A DNA stretch of 64,000 nucleotides from Polyangiales bacterium. GTDB taxonomy: Bacteria; Myxococcota_A; Polyangia; Polyangiales; Ga0077539. The position numbers were made by a program, and so were the translations under genes. Below are positions 19,681 to 29,326 of the stretch, one piece after another. The DNA lies in contig JBGARZ010000025.1 in the NCBI GenBank assembly GCA_044229975.1, positions 64,001 through 128,000 of the forward strand, read 5' to 3'. The stretch's first letter is position 1; each line of letters begins with the position of its first letter. The notes beneath the pieces are model-generated. The model searched no databases and was not told the origin of the DNA. It saw only the letters and a list, made by a program, of their open reading frames with translations.

Positions 19681-19762
19681 CGTCTCCTCCAGCGATTTGA
19701 GGAGGTCTCCGAAGTCCGGAGTTTCAGGTCCTCAAACCGATGGAAGTTGTGCGGCAAGAGCA

Positions 19763-20838
19763 TGTAGCCCCGCCACGTCGCCCGAGAGTTCGGACTCCAG
19801 CAACGCTCGTCGGCCTTCGAGCGCCCGTGCTTCGCCGCGGGCGGTGAGCGCCAGGCCCCCCGAGGTGTCCCAGAGCGGGAGGGTCAACGTGGCGCCCAGG
19901 AGGAAGCCGTCGGTGCGCCCCTGCGCTCCTGCATCGACGCCCTTCCAGCCGGCCTCCAGGCGCAGGTCGGGGAGCCACCACCGCGCCGCCGATGTGAGTT
20001 CCAGATCGGCGGCGCGGAGACGCTCTCCGACAGCGCGGAGGCGTGGACCGCGTCGCGCAACGTCTCGGAGGGTCGGGAGCGCGGTGGGCTCGTTGTCGGG
20101 CAGCAGCGACCCTTCCAGAGTGAGCCCCGTCAACTCGCCGTCGGTCAGTCCAACCAGGGCCGCGAGGCGAGCTCGGGCGCGATCGAGGGCAGCCTCCTCG
20201 ACCTGCACGCGCCCCTCCGCCACGATTCGTTCGCGCTCCAGACGGCGCCGGTCGTAGAGCGCCGTGTCCCCGCGCGCGGTGCGGCGCGCCACGATCGTCA
20301 GGGCGGCCTCGATGCGTGCGCTCCAGGCGCGCACCGCCGCCGCCCGCTCGTGGTGGTAGAGGGCCTCGTAGAAGCGCAGCCGGGTGTCGGCGGCCACCTC
20401 GACGCGCACCGCGGCGCCGTCGTGCGTCGCGGCGTTCGCTCGGCGCTCGCCGGCCGCGCCGCGGAGACCGCGACGGTTGCCGAGGTCGATGACCTGCGAG
20501 ACGGAGAGGTAGTCCTCGCCGGTCCCGAGGGCCCCGAAGGTCTGCTCGCGCAGGTAGGTGATCTGCGGGTTTGGAGAGGCTCCGAGGGTGCGAGCGCTCC
20601 CCCGCTCGGCGTCGATCGCCCCGCGGACGGTGTCCGCGAGGGGAGCCCGCGCGAGCGCTCGTCGCACCGCCTCATCGGCAGTGAGCACCGTGGCCGTTGC
20701 AGCGCGGTCCGTCCCGGGCGCCTCGGTCTGCTGCGCCCGTGCAATGGACGGCAGGAGCAGGAGGGCGGCGGTCACAAGGAACCGGCCGACGGTCGGTTTT
20801 TCGGACACGGCGAGCAGCACGACGTTTCCTCGACGCAT
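19763..20838 (-). pseudogene. 5' fragment of the IS-interrupted TolC-family outer-membrane factor
   Basis: Signal peptide, PNPQI, WLPDLRL, LTLPLWD; reconstituted gene is 438 aa. Confidence 0.88.
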
Positions 20839-20847
20839 GGTCCCGCG

Positions 20848-21828
20848 TCAGTGGGTGAGCGCCCCGAGGATCGACTCGGTGGCGTGATGGAGCGGGTCGC
20901 TCGCGGCGAGCAGGCCGAGTGCGACGAGGGCAACAAACGCGATCGGACGCGCGAGCGTGCCCGGCGTTCGCGGCGGTTCGAGCAGTGCCTCGACGCGGGC
21001 GGGCACGTCGCCGCCAAACGAAGCCGCGACGTTAGCGAGGCCGGAGGGCGTCTGGAGGAGGCGCTCGACCCGGAGGATCACCTCCGCGACCCGCAGCCGA
21101 TCGCCGACCGCATGGCCCGCGGCCTCGTCGCAGCTCTGCTCGGCGGCGAGCGTCAGCGCACGCAGGAGACGCGTACGTGCCGGACTCCAGACGAGCACCG
21201 TGGCGGCGCGTGCGAGGAGCCGCAGGCCGGTGTCGCGTCGCAGCGCATGCGCGCGTTCGTGATGAAGCATGACGTCGAGGTCGGCCGGCGGGACCCGCGA
21301 GAGGAGTCCCTCCGAGACGACGACTGCGGGGCGGACGACGCCCACGAGGAGGCAGAGCGGCGTCGCCGTGGGCAGCACCTGCGCGCCGAGCTGCGGGCTG
21401 TCGTAGCGGTGAATGAGTAGGCGTCTCGCGACGCGCGCAGCGCGGACGAGTCCGACCGTCGAGCGCAGCGCGCGGGACGCGAGCCACCCGGCCGCGAGGG
21501 CGAGAAGGAGCCAGGAGGCGGGGTTCGCGGCGTGCGTCGGCGGGTGCAGGAAGCACAAGTGCACGTGCCCATGGTGGGCGAGGCAGTGGTCATGCGCGGG
21601 CCACCGCAGTGCGACGACCGAAGGCAGCAGCACCGCGAGAAGGCCGACGAGCCCGAGCACCAACGGCGCGACCGAGAGCAGCACGAGCGTGCGGTGGCGA
21701 CGCTCAGGAGCCCACGACGTGATGTGGGCGAGCACCGCGGGAATGAGCGCGGAGACGGCAAGTCCGGTGAGGGACGCGAAGCCGAGGCCCGCCAGGAGCA
21801 CGAGCTGGAGCACGCCGAGGGCGTTCAC
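20848..21828 (-). CDS. M56 (BlaR1-like) membrane metallopeptidase with His/Cys loop
   Basis: HERAH..RRD, EQSCDE, RVEAL; loop HDHCLAHHGHVHLCFLH. Confidence 0.85.
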   Translation of the reverse strand: MNALGVLQLVLLAGLGFASLTGLAVSALIPAVLAHITSWAPERRHRTLVLLSVAPLVLGLVGLLAVLLPSVVALRWPAHDHCLAHHGHVHLCFLHPPTHAANPASWLLLALAAGWLASRALRSTVGLVRAARVARRLLIHRYDSPQLGAQVLPTATPLCLLVGVVRPAVVVSEGLLSRVPPADLDVMLHHERAHALRRDTGLRLLARAATVLVWSPARTRLLRALTLAAEQSCDEAAGHAVGDRLRVAEVILRVERLLQTPSGLANVAASFGGDVPARVEALLEPPRTPGTLARPIAFVALVALGLLAASDPLHHATESILGALTH

Positions 21829-22232
21829 GGGCGACCTTTGGCGCGGGCACGCCGCTCTGCGACCAGGGCTTCGAGGCGTGCGAGGTGCTCTGGTCCGGCT
21901 CGCTCGGTGAGCTCGACGAAGGCCGAGACCATCGCGTTGGCCTCGCCGCGCATCAGCTCCCCGACGAGCTCGCCCAGAGCGCTGTGTTGGAACTCCTCGC
22001 GGGTGATGCGCGGCCGGTAGACGTGCGCGTGACTGACCTTGTCGCGCTCCAGGAGGTTCTTCTCGAAGAGCCGTTTCAGGGTCGATTGGATGGTGTTGAG
22101 GGTGATGCCGCGCTTCGCCCCGAGCGCGCCGTGGATGGCCTTCACCTCACCCTCTCCGCCCCTCCAGAGGTGCTCCATCACGGCGGCTTCGAGGGTGCCG
22201 AGAAGCGGTGGTCGGACGGGTCCCAGCGCCAT
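21825..22232 (-). CDS. BlaI/MecI/CopY-family repressor
   Basis: LGTLEAAVMEHLW...NTIQSTLKRLFEK.LL.R..HVY. Confidence 0.9.
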   Translation of the reverse strand: MALGPVRPPLLGTLEAAVMEHLWRGGEGEVKAIHGALGAKRGITLNTIQSTLKRLFEKNLLERDKVSHAHVYRPRITREEFQHSALGELVGELMRGEANAMVSAFVELTERAGPEHLARLEALVAERRARAKGRP

Positions 22233-22382
22233 CCCCAGACGGTATCCGAAGAAAACCGGGCGTCAATCGGTTTTCGCCCAGACGTCTACGACGCGGCGCT
22301 GAGCGGGTATCCGCTCTTTCAAGCGACGGGACGCCGTGCCTACGAGGCCCTCGTCGAACTCATCGACGGACGGCCCTCGTCG

Positions 22383-23363
22383 TCAGCACGCCGGTCCGCC
22401 CGGTGCGGGAGTCAGAGAACACGGCTCCGGCGCCTCGGCGGGGTCGATCTGCACGGTCGTGTGACCGATCGCGAAACGCTCCTTCATGGCCGCAGCGAGC
22501 TCACGGTGGAACGTTGTGGAGCACGCGTTCCAGGGCATCGTCAGGTGCGCCGTCAGGGCGACCTCGGTGGTGCTCAGCGCCCAGACGTGGACGTCGTGGA
22601 TCTCCCGCACGCCCGGCAGCGATCGGAGAAACGCACGGACCTCGTCCACGTTGACGTGGTCGGGCGCTGCGTCGAGCGCGAGGTCGAGGGACTCGCGCAG
22701 GAGCTTCCAGGTGCTGCCCACGATGACCAGGGACACCGCGATGCTGATCGCAGGGTCGAGCCACCACCAGCGGGTCTTCAACATCACCGCGCCCGCGACC
22801 ACCACCCCGAGCGAGACCGCGGCGTCTGCGGCGAGGTGCAGGAACGCGCCCCGCACGTTGGCGTCGTGCTCCTTCCCCTGCCGAAACATCAGCGCCGATG
22901 CGCCGTTGATCGCCACGCCCACCGCGGCCACGACGATGACCGTCGCACCCACGACAGGTTGAGGCGAACGGAGGCGCGCCAGGGCCTCCCACACGACGAT
23001 CCCCACGGCCACGAGCAGGAGGATCGCGTTGGCGAGCGCGGCCAGGATCGTCGAGCGCCGGAAACCGTAGGTGCGCTGGGCGGAGGCCTTCCGGCGCGCC
23101 AATACCGTGGCGCCCCAGGCGAGCGCCAGGCCCATCACGTCGCCGAGGTTGTGCGCAGCGTCCGCGACGAGCGCCATCGAATGAGCGATCAGTCCGTAGA
23201 CCGCCTCGATGACCACGAAGGCCACGTTGAGCGCGATGCCGACGGCGAACGCCCGTCCCATCGGTGCTCCACCGAAGACCTTTCCGTGGGCGTGGCCTTC
23301 CTCTCCGTGATCCCGCTCTCCGTGGGCGGGATGTTCGTGCGTGTGGTCGTGCTCGTCGGGCAT
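22383..23363 (-). CDS. czcD: Cation diffusion facilitator (CzcD-like)
   Basis: ADAAHNLGD, GAFLHLAAD, HDVHVW, HTTVQ; His-rich N-terminus. Confidence 0.9.
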   Translation of the reverse strand: MPDEHDHTHEHPAHGERDHGEEGHAHGKVFGGAPMGRAFAVGIALNVAFVVIEAVYGLIAHSMALVADAAHNLGDVMGLALAWGATVLARRKASAQRTYGFRRSTILAALANAILLLVAVGIVVWEALARLRSPQPVVGATVIVVAAVGVAINGASALMFRQGKEHDANVRGAFLHLAADAAVSLGVVVAGAVMLKTRWWWLDPAISIAVSLVIVGSTWKLLRESLDLALDAAPDHVNVDEVRAFLRSLPGVREIHDVHVWALSTTEVALTAHLTMPWNACSTTFHRELAAAMKERFAIGHTTVQIDPAEAPEPCSLTPAPGGPAC

Positions 23364-23555
23364 CAGCGCGCCTTTCTGTGGTGCGGGAGTGACGTCACGG
23401 GCCGCAGTCTCGCCGAGACGTCGCAGACCGGGAGATCGAAGAGGAACGCCCGCATCCAGCTCGATCGTCGGCGGTGTTTCTACGAGCGCTCAGCACGAGT
23501 GTCGCGAGGAGCGCTACCCCCGCCCGGCGTGCCGACATTCGATCGAGGGAGCGGG

Positions 23556-26500
23556 TCATGGCGACGGCCTCGTTGAGTACGGGACCACGGTCTCGGTGTC
23601 GGCCTCGTCTGGCGGGGTGACCACGTCGTCGCGGAACAGGTACGCATAGACCGTCGGCAGCACGAAGAGGGTGAGGAAGGTCGCGCTGATGAGCCCTCCT
23701 ATGACCACCGTCGCCAGCGGGCGCTGCACCTCGCCGCCCGCGCTCGACGACAGCGCCATGGGGATGAACCCGAGCGCCGCGACGGTTGCGGTCATCACCA
23801 CGGCCCGCAGCCGACTTTCGGCGCCCTTGCGCGCGGCCTCCAGGGCGGGACGTCCCTCGGCGCGCAGCTTCTTCACCGTCGTCAGGAGCACCACTCCGTT
23901 GAGCACCGCGATCCCGAAGAGGGCGATGAAGCCGATGCCCGCGCTGATGGAGAAGGGCATCCCCCGCGCGCGCATCAGCAGCACTCCGCCGACCGCCGCG
24001 AAGGGGACGTTGAGATAGATCAGCAGCGCGGTCTTCATCTCCCCGAAGGCCATGTAGAGCAGCACGAAGATGAGCCCCAGCGCGAGCGGCACCGCGAAGG
24101 CCAGACGCTCCGAGGCCGCCGCCAGGTTCTCGAACTGACCGCCCCAACGCAGCACGTACCCCGGCGGAAGGTGGACCCGCTCGCGCACCCGCTCCTGGGC
24201 CTCGCGCACGAAGCCGGCGAGGTCGCGCCCGCGGACGTTGACCTCCACGTTGGTTCGGCGCCGCACCGCCTCGCGGCTCACGCTCGCCGGCGAGTCCACC
24301 ACCTGGATGCTCGCGATCTGCCCGAGCGGAACGAGGGTGTTGCTCGGTCCGCTGACCGGAAGCATCCGCACCTGATCCATGTCGTCGCGCAGCGCCTGCG
24401 GCAGGCGCACTTGCAGCCGGATGCGCCGCTCGCCCTCGTAGACCTCTCCCACCCCGCGGCCGCCGATCACCTCGATGGCATCGAGCGCGTCGCGCACCGA
24501 CACGCCGTAACGTGACGCCGCGGCCCGATCGACGGTGACCTCCAGCGTCGGCAGACCCGCGAGCTGTTCACCTCGAACGTCGGTCGCTCCGGGCACCCCG
24601 CGGGCCACCGCCTGGATCTGTCCGCTCAGTCGTTCGAGGGTGCCGAGGTCGTCGCCGTAGAGCGTGATGGCGACGTCTGAACGTGTGCCGCTGATGAGCT
24701 CGGCCATCCGCAGTTCGATGGGCTGTGAGAAGGAGAAGCCCATGCCGGGCAGGGCCTCGGTGAGGCGCGCGGAGATGCGGGCGATGAGCGCCTCGCGGGT
24801 GTGAGCGGTGCGCCACTCGTCGGGTGGCCGCAGGGCCACGAGAACGTCCGACAGCTCGACGCCCATCGGGTCGGTGGCGATCTCCGCGCGCCCGGTCTTG
24901 GTGACGACGGTCAAGACCTCGGGGAACTCCCGCAGCACCTGCTCGAAGCGCGTCGCGCCGCGCACACTCTCCTCCAGCGACACGCTTGGCAGGCGCATCA
25001 CCTGGATCGCCAACGCGCCCTCGTCGAGCCTCGGGACGAACTCCGCGCCCATGCTCGACCCGACCGCGCCGGTCACGGCGAGCAGCGCGAGGCACAGGGC
25101 GATCACCAGACGCGGCGCGCCCATCACCGCCGCTAGCAGGCGCGGGTACACGCGGTGAAGAAGACGGACGACGAGGGGCTCGTGCTCTTCGGGCTTCTGT
25201 CGCATCAGCGACGCGACGAGCACCGGCACGAAGGTGAGCGACGCGATGAAGGCTCCCCCCAGCGCGAACAACACCGTGATCGCCATCGGCTTGAACATCT
25301 TCCCCTCGACGCCCGCGAGGGTAAGGATGGGTACGTACACCAGGACGATGATGGCCTCGCCGAAGAGCGCAGCCCGGCGCACGTCGAGCGTAGATCCCAG
25401 CACCACGTTGGCTGCCTCGCGGTAGGTGAGCGGCCGCTTCAACCCCTTCGCCGCCGCGGCGAGGTGGACCACCGCGCTCTCGACCACGATGATGGAGCCG
25501 TCCACCACGATGCCGAAGTCGATGGCGCCGAGGCTCATCAGATTGCCGCTCAAGCCGAGCGCTTTCATGCCGGTGAAGGCCACCAGCATGGCGAAAGGGA
25601 TGGCCGCCGCGACGATGAGCCCGCCGCGCAGGCTGCCCAGCAGCAGGAAGAGAACCGCGACGACGAAGAGGGCGCCCTCGGCGAGGTTCTTGGCGACGGT
25701 GTGGATCGTGCGGCGGACGAGCTCGCCGCGATCGTAGAACACGTCGATGCGCACGCCCGGTGGGAGAGACGGGGCGATCTCGTGGATGCGCGCCTTCACG
25801 CTCTCGACCACCTCGCGGCCGTTGGCGCCGACCAGCATCATCACGATGCCTGTGACCACCTCGCCTCGGCCGTCGCGGGTCACCGCGCCCTGGCGGAGCA
25901 TCGGCGCGAGGTGGACGCGCGCGACGTCCCGCACTCGCACCGGGACGCCGTCCGCGCGGGTCTCGATGAGCACGTCGCCGATCTCGTCGAGGGACTGGAT
26001 GCGTCCCTCACCGCGCACGAGAAGCTGCTCGCCCGCGCGCAGCAGGTAGCCGCCGCCGGCAGTGGCGTTATTGCGTTCGATCGCCTGGAAGAGGTCGTTG
26101 AGCGACACGCCGAGCGCGCGTAGCCGGTCAGGCAGCACGGCGACCTCGTAGGTCTTCAACTCGCCGCCGAAGGCGTTGACCTCGACCACGCCGGGTACCG
26201 ACCGGAGCTGAAACGCAATGAACCAATCGAGCGTCGAGCGCAGCTCCATCGGCGTGTGGCAGGCGTCGGTGTCGGGCTGCCCAGCGGCACACGGCCGATC
26301 GCTGCGCACCTCGAATTGGAAGATCTCTCCGAGACCCGTGCTGAGCGGCCCGAGCTCGGGCGACACGCCATCCGGGAGTCGCTCGCGAGCTTGAACGAGG
26401 CGCTCGGAGATGAGCTGCCGCGCGCGCAAGAGGTCGGTGCCTTCCTCGAAGACGACGGTCACGGCGGAGAGGCCGAAGCGCGACACGCTGCGCACCTCCG

Positions 26501-26735
26501 TCAGCCCCGGGAGACCGCTCATGGCCGACTCCACCGGGAATGTGATCCGCCGCTCGACGTCCACCGGGCCCAGTGATGGCGCCTGCGTCAACACCTGCAC
26601 CTGCACGTTGGTGATGTCAGGCACGGCGTCGATCGGGAGTCGCAGCACGCTCTGCACGCCGACCGCGACGACCAGCGTGACGAACGCGAGCACCAGCACG
26701 CGCCACTGGAGGCAGAGTTCGAGGAGCTTCTTCAC
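23556..26735 (-). CDS. czcA: CzcA-like heavy-metal RND permease
   Basis: LPIDAVPDITNVQVQ, GAIDFGIVVDG, EVQRPLATVVIGG; GTG start at 26735. Confidence 0.92.
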   Translation of the reverse strand: MKKLLELCLQWRVLVLAFVTLVVAVGVQSVLRLPIDAVPDITNVQVQVLTQAPSLGPVDVERRITFPVESAMSGLPGLTEVRSVSRFGLSAVTVVFEEGTDLLRARQLISERLVQARERLPDGVSPELGPLSTGLGEIFQFEVRSDRPCAAGQPDTDACHTPMELRSTLDWFIAFQLRSVPGVVEVNAFGGELKTYEVAVLPDRLRALGVSLNDLFQAIERNNATAGGGYLLRAGEQLLVRGEGRIQSLDEIGDVLIETRADGVPVRVRDVARVHLAPMLRQGAVTRDGRGEVVTGIVMMLVGANGREVVESVKARIHEIAPSLPPGVRIDVFYDRGELVRRTIHTVAKNLAEGALFVVAVLFLLLGSLRGGLIVAAAIPFAMLVAFTGMKALGLSGNLMSLGAIDFGIVVDGSIIVVESAVVHLAAAAKGLKRPLTYREAANVVLGSTLDVRRAALFGEAIIVLVYVPILTLAGVEGKMFKPMAITVLFALGGAFIASLTFVPVLVASLMRQKPEEHEPLVVRLLHRVYPRLLAAVMGAPRLVIALCLALLAVTGAVGSSMGAEFVPRLDEGALAIQVMRLPSVSLEESVRGATRFEQVLREFPEVLTVVTKTGRAEIATDPMGVELSDVLVALRPPDEWRTAHTREALIARISARLTEALPGMGFSFSQPIELRMAELISGTRSDVAITLYGDDLGTLERLSGQIQAVARGVPGATDVRGEQLAGLPTLEVTVDRAAASRYGVSVRDALDAIEVIGGRGVGEVYEGERRIRLQVRLPQALRDDMDQVRMLPVSGPSNTLVPLGQIASIQVVDSPASVSREAVRRRTNVEVNVRGRDLAGFVREAQERVRERVHLPPGYVLRWGGQFENLAAASERLAFAVPLALGLIFVLLYMAFGEMKTALLIYLNVPFAAVGGVLLMRARGMPFSISAGIGFIALFGIAVLNGVVLLTTVKKLRAEGRPALEAARKGAESRLRAVVMTATVAALGFIPMALSSSAGGEVQRPLATVVIGGLISATFLTLFVLPTVYAYLFRDDVVTPPDEADTETVVPYSTRPSP

Positions 26736-26736
26736 G

Positions 26737-27879
26737 TCAGTCGGCCTCGCCGAGCTCACCGCTCTGGAGCGCGCTCTTGAGCGTGAAGGCCCCGCTGACG
26801 GCGAGGGGAGCGCCCTCCGCCAGACCCGAGCGCACCTCGTGGAGGCCACCGGCCCGGCGCCCCAGCTCGATCGCCTGCGGTCGAAATGTGCCAGGTCCGC
26901 TCCCGGGCACGAAGACCGTCGGTTGCCCCTCGACGATCGCCACCGCGTCGATCGGGACCACCAGCACTCGCTCGTCGGAGACGCCCCCCACGAGCTCGAC
27001 GCTCCCGAAGAGGCCGCTTCGCAGGCGTGGGTCCGGGTTCGCGAGCGCGACGCGGATGGGGAGAGACCTCGTGCGTTCGTCCAACGCCGGCGCGACGTAG
27101 ACGATCGTGCCGGGCAGCGCGTGGTCCGGGAAGGCATGCAGCCGAACGATCGCTGCGTTGCCGATCGAGACCCGCCCGAGCTCCAGCTCCGGCACGTCTC
27201 CGCGCACCCAGACGCGGGTTGGGTCGGTGACGACGAAGACTGCGCGGTCGGGGCTCGCGGTCTCACCGAGCGCCGCCTGCACGGCCACCACGACGCCGTC
27301 GATCGGTGACCGCAGTTGCAGCTCCCCCGCGGTCCCCGACCCGAAGAGCGCGAGCTGGCGCTGGGTCCCCTCGACTTCGGCGCGCAGCTCGCCGACCTGC
27401 GCCTCGGCGTCGATGACCGCGCGTTGGGCGCCGATGCCCTCGGTGGACAGCGCACGTTGGCGACGGAGCGTGGCCTCGGCTGCCGCGAGTCGGGCTCGCG
27501 CTTGCCCCAGCCGCGCGCGAGCGGCGGAGACATCGTTCGATGCGACGACCCCGAGTAGCTCGTTGCGCGTCACCCGCTGCCCGAGCACGACGGCCACGCG
27601 GGTGATCCGCCCGGGGACGAGCGGCCCGACCTGCGCGGTGCTGCTGGGCTCGAACTGCACCTCCGCAGGGATGGCCACGCCGCCGCCGAGCGCGCGCCGT
27701 TCGATCTGTCCGGTGCGGATGCCCGCGAGTCGCATGGCTTCCGGCGTGAGGCGCACCTCGTGCGGCGTCCCTGCTTCCACGGCGGGTTCGGAGCGCGGTG
27801 ATGCTGGTGGGGCGTCGTCGCGGCAGGCGGCGAAGGTGAACGAGAGCGCGATGAGCGCCGCGGACACGAGTCGGGTCAC
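26737..27879 (-). CDS. czcB: CzcB-like RND periplasmic adaptor
   Basis: Lipobox FAAC; LRSPIDGVV, LRSGLF, GAFTLKS. Confidence 0.85.
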   Translation of the reverse strand: MTRLVSAALIALSFTFAACRDDAPPASPRSEPAVEAGTPHEVRLTPEAMRLAGIRTGQIERRALGGGVAIPAEVQFEPSSTAQVGPLVPGRITRVAVVLGQRVTRNELLGVVASNDVSAARARLGQARARLAAAEATLRRQRALSTEGIGAQRAVIDAEAQVGELRAEVEGTQRQLALFGSGTAGELQLRSPIDGVVVAVQAALGETASPDRAVFVVTDPTRVWVRGDVPELELGRVSIGNAAIVRLHAFPDHALPGTIVYVAPALDERTRSLPIRVALANPDPRLRSGLFGSVELVGGVSDERVLVVPIDAVAIVEGQPTVFVPGSGPGTFRPQAIELGRRAGGLHEVRSGLAEGAPLAVSGAFTLKSALQSGELGEAD

Positions 27880-29321
27880 GGGGAGTTCTCCGGGCTGTGG
27901 TCGTCGGGCCAGAGATCGACGCCAACCGCGCGCTCCAGGTTGGCGAGGGCGACGAAGTAGTCGACCTGTGCGTCGAGTGCGTCGCTCTGGATGCGCAAGA
28001 AGCGCTCGCGCCCGATGGACAGGGCGAGCACGTCGATCTCTCCGAGTTCAAACGATCGACGCAGGAGCGCGAGGTTCTCCTCGAAGCGGGGCAGCACCTC
28101 GGTGCCGTAGCTCCGCAGCCGCTGCGCCGCGGAGGCCACTTCGCTGCGTGCGAGGGCCACCTGCCCGCCGAGGAGCGACAAGGCGGCGGACGCCTCCGCC
28201 TCGGCGATTCCTACGTCTGCGCGAGTTCGCGCTCGCTCACCCTGGTTGCGCTGGAAGCTGGGGATGGGGACCGAGATGGTTCCCATGAAGATGTCGTAGG
28301 CGCCCTCGGAGGTCGGGTTGCCCTCGCGCTGGTACTGCACCCCGATGGTCGGCTGGGGCCAGGACTGGCGGTCGGCGACGGCGACCCGCGACTGCGCCTC
28401 GCGCACGGCGGCATCCCGCGTGCGGAGCGACGGGAGCCGTTGGCGCGCCGTGGCGAGGAGTGCGTCGAGATCCGGGGGATCGCGTGGCGCGTCCACGTCT
28501 CCGAGCGGCACGGGCGGTCTCGCGACGGGCCAGCCGGAGAGCTGCGCGAGCTGGATGCGCGCGCTGAGGTAGGCCTGAGTAGCGGCGACCGTGAGCTGCC
28601 GCGCCTGCGCGACCTCGGCCTGCGTGAGGCGCAGCGTCAGACCAGCGGTCTCTCCGGCGCGGATCTGACGCTCGACGATGCGCAGGAGCTCTTCTTGGAA
28701 GGCGAGGATGCGCGATGCGAGGAGGGCGCGATCACGCTGCACCAGGGCCCGGTGGAAAGCCGCGTGGACGTCGCAATGGACAGCCCACCGGAGCTGGTCG
28801 ATCTCGGCGTCGGTGAGGTCGCGTTGTCGGTCGGCGGCCGTGAGTCGAAGGCCGCGCTCGCCCGCGATGGAGAACTGCTGGGTGACGCTGGCCTGCACGT
28901 CCACGCCGGTGCCCGTCAGGCCGAAGCGCGGACCGACGCTGATGCTGACCTCGGGGTTGGACGGCAGCAGCGGTGAGGCTGCGGTGCGCGCGGCCGCGGC
29001 CCGCGAACGGGTGCTGCGTGCAACGACGAGCACAGGCGCACGAGCGTCGGCGTAGGCGAGGAAGGACGAGAGCTCGACCTCCTCGCGCCCGGTCGGATCG
29101 GCAGGGCTCACCGCTCGGGCGGGCGTCCGTGCCTCGACACCACCGACGGATGTCGGTGGGAAGCGGAGGTGAGGCGCGACGGACTCCGCCCGCTCGATCG
29201 GGGCGGCGCCCGCGCAGGCTCCTACGACGACTGCTGCACAGAGGCCAAGGCACCGCGCGAGGTAACTACTACGACCGATCGTAGGTTGAGGCGCGCGGGA
29301 CGATCGAAGGTTCTTCTTCAT
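27876..29321 (-). CDS. czcC: CzcC/TolC-like outer-membrane factor
   Basis: PSNPEV, PIPSFQRNQG, SFELGEID, LERAVG; start approximate. Confidence 0.85.
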   Translation of the reverse strand: MKKNLRSSRAPQPTIGRSSYLARCLGLCAAVVVGACAGAAPIERAESVAPHLRFPPTSVGGVEARTPARAVSPADPTGREEVELSSFLAYADARAPVLVVARSTRSRAAAARTAASPLLPSNPEVSISVGPRFGLTGTGVDVQASVTQQFSIAGERGLRLTAADRQRDLTDAEIDQLRWAVHCDVHAAFHRALVQRDRALLASRILAFQEELLRIVERQIRAGETAGLTLRLTQAEVAQARQLTVAATQAYLSARIQLAQLSGWPVARPPVPLGDVDAPRDPPDLDALLATARQRLPSLRTRDAAVREAQSRVAVADRQSWPQPTIGVQYQREGNPTSEGAYDIFMGTISVPIPSFQRNQGERARTRADVGIAEAEASAALSLLGGQVALARSEVASAAQRLRSYGTEVLPRFEENLALLRRSFELGEIDVLALSIGRERFLRIQSDALDAQVDYFVALANLERAVGVDLWPDDHSPENSP

Positions 29322-29326
29322 GGCGT

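Larger units (their letters stand above)
16116..19762 (-). mobile_element. 3,647-bp insertion sequence with two DDE transposase genes
   Basis: Ends TGCGCTTGTCAAACACCTACCAAC and (reverse complement) TGCTCTTGCCGCACAACTTCCATC match at 17/24; direct repeat TGTAGC at 16110-16115 and 19763-19768; removal restores tolC. Confidence 0.9.

Noticed and set aside
26736..27533. N-terminal extension of czcA in the ORF track (1325 aa), and similar extensions of the MFP (to 16127), czcC (to 29726) and desulfurase (to 2625)
   Set aside because: The extensions overlap upstream genes in another frame; family-typical N-termini begin at the downstream starts used.
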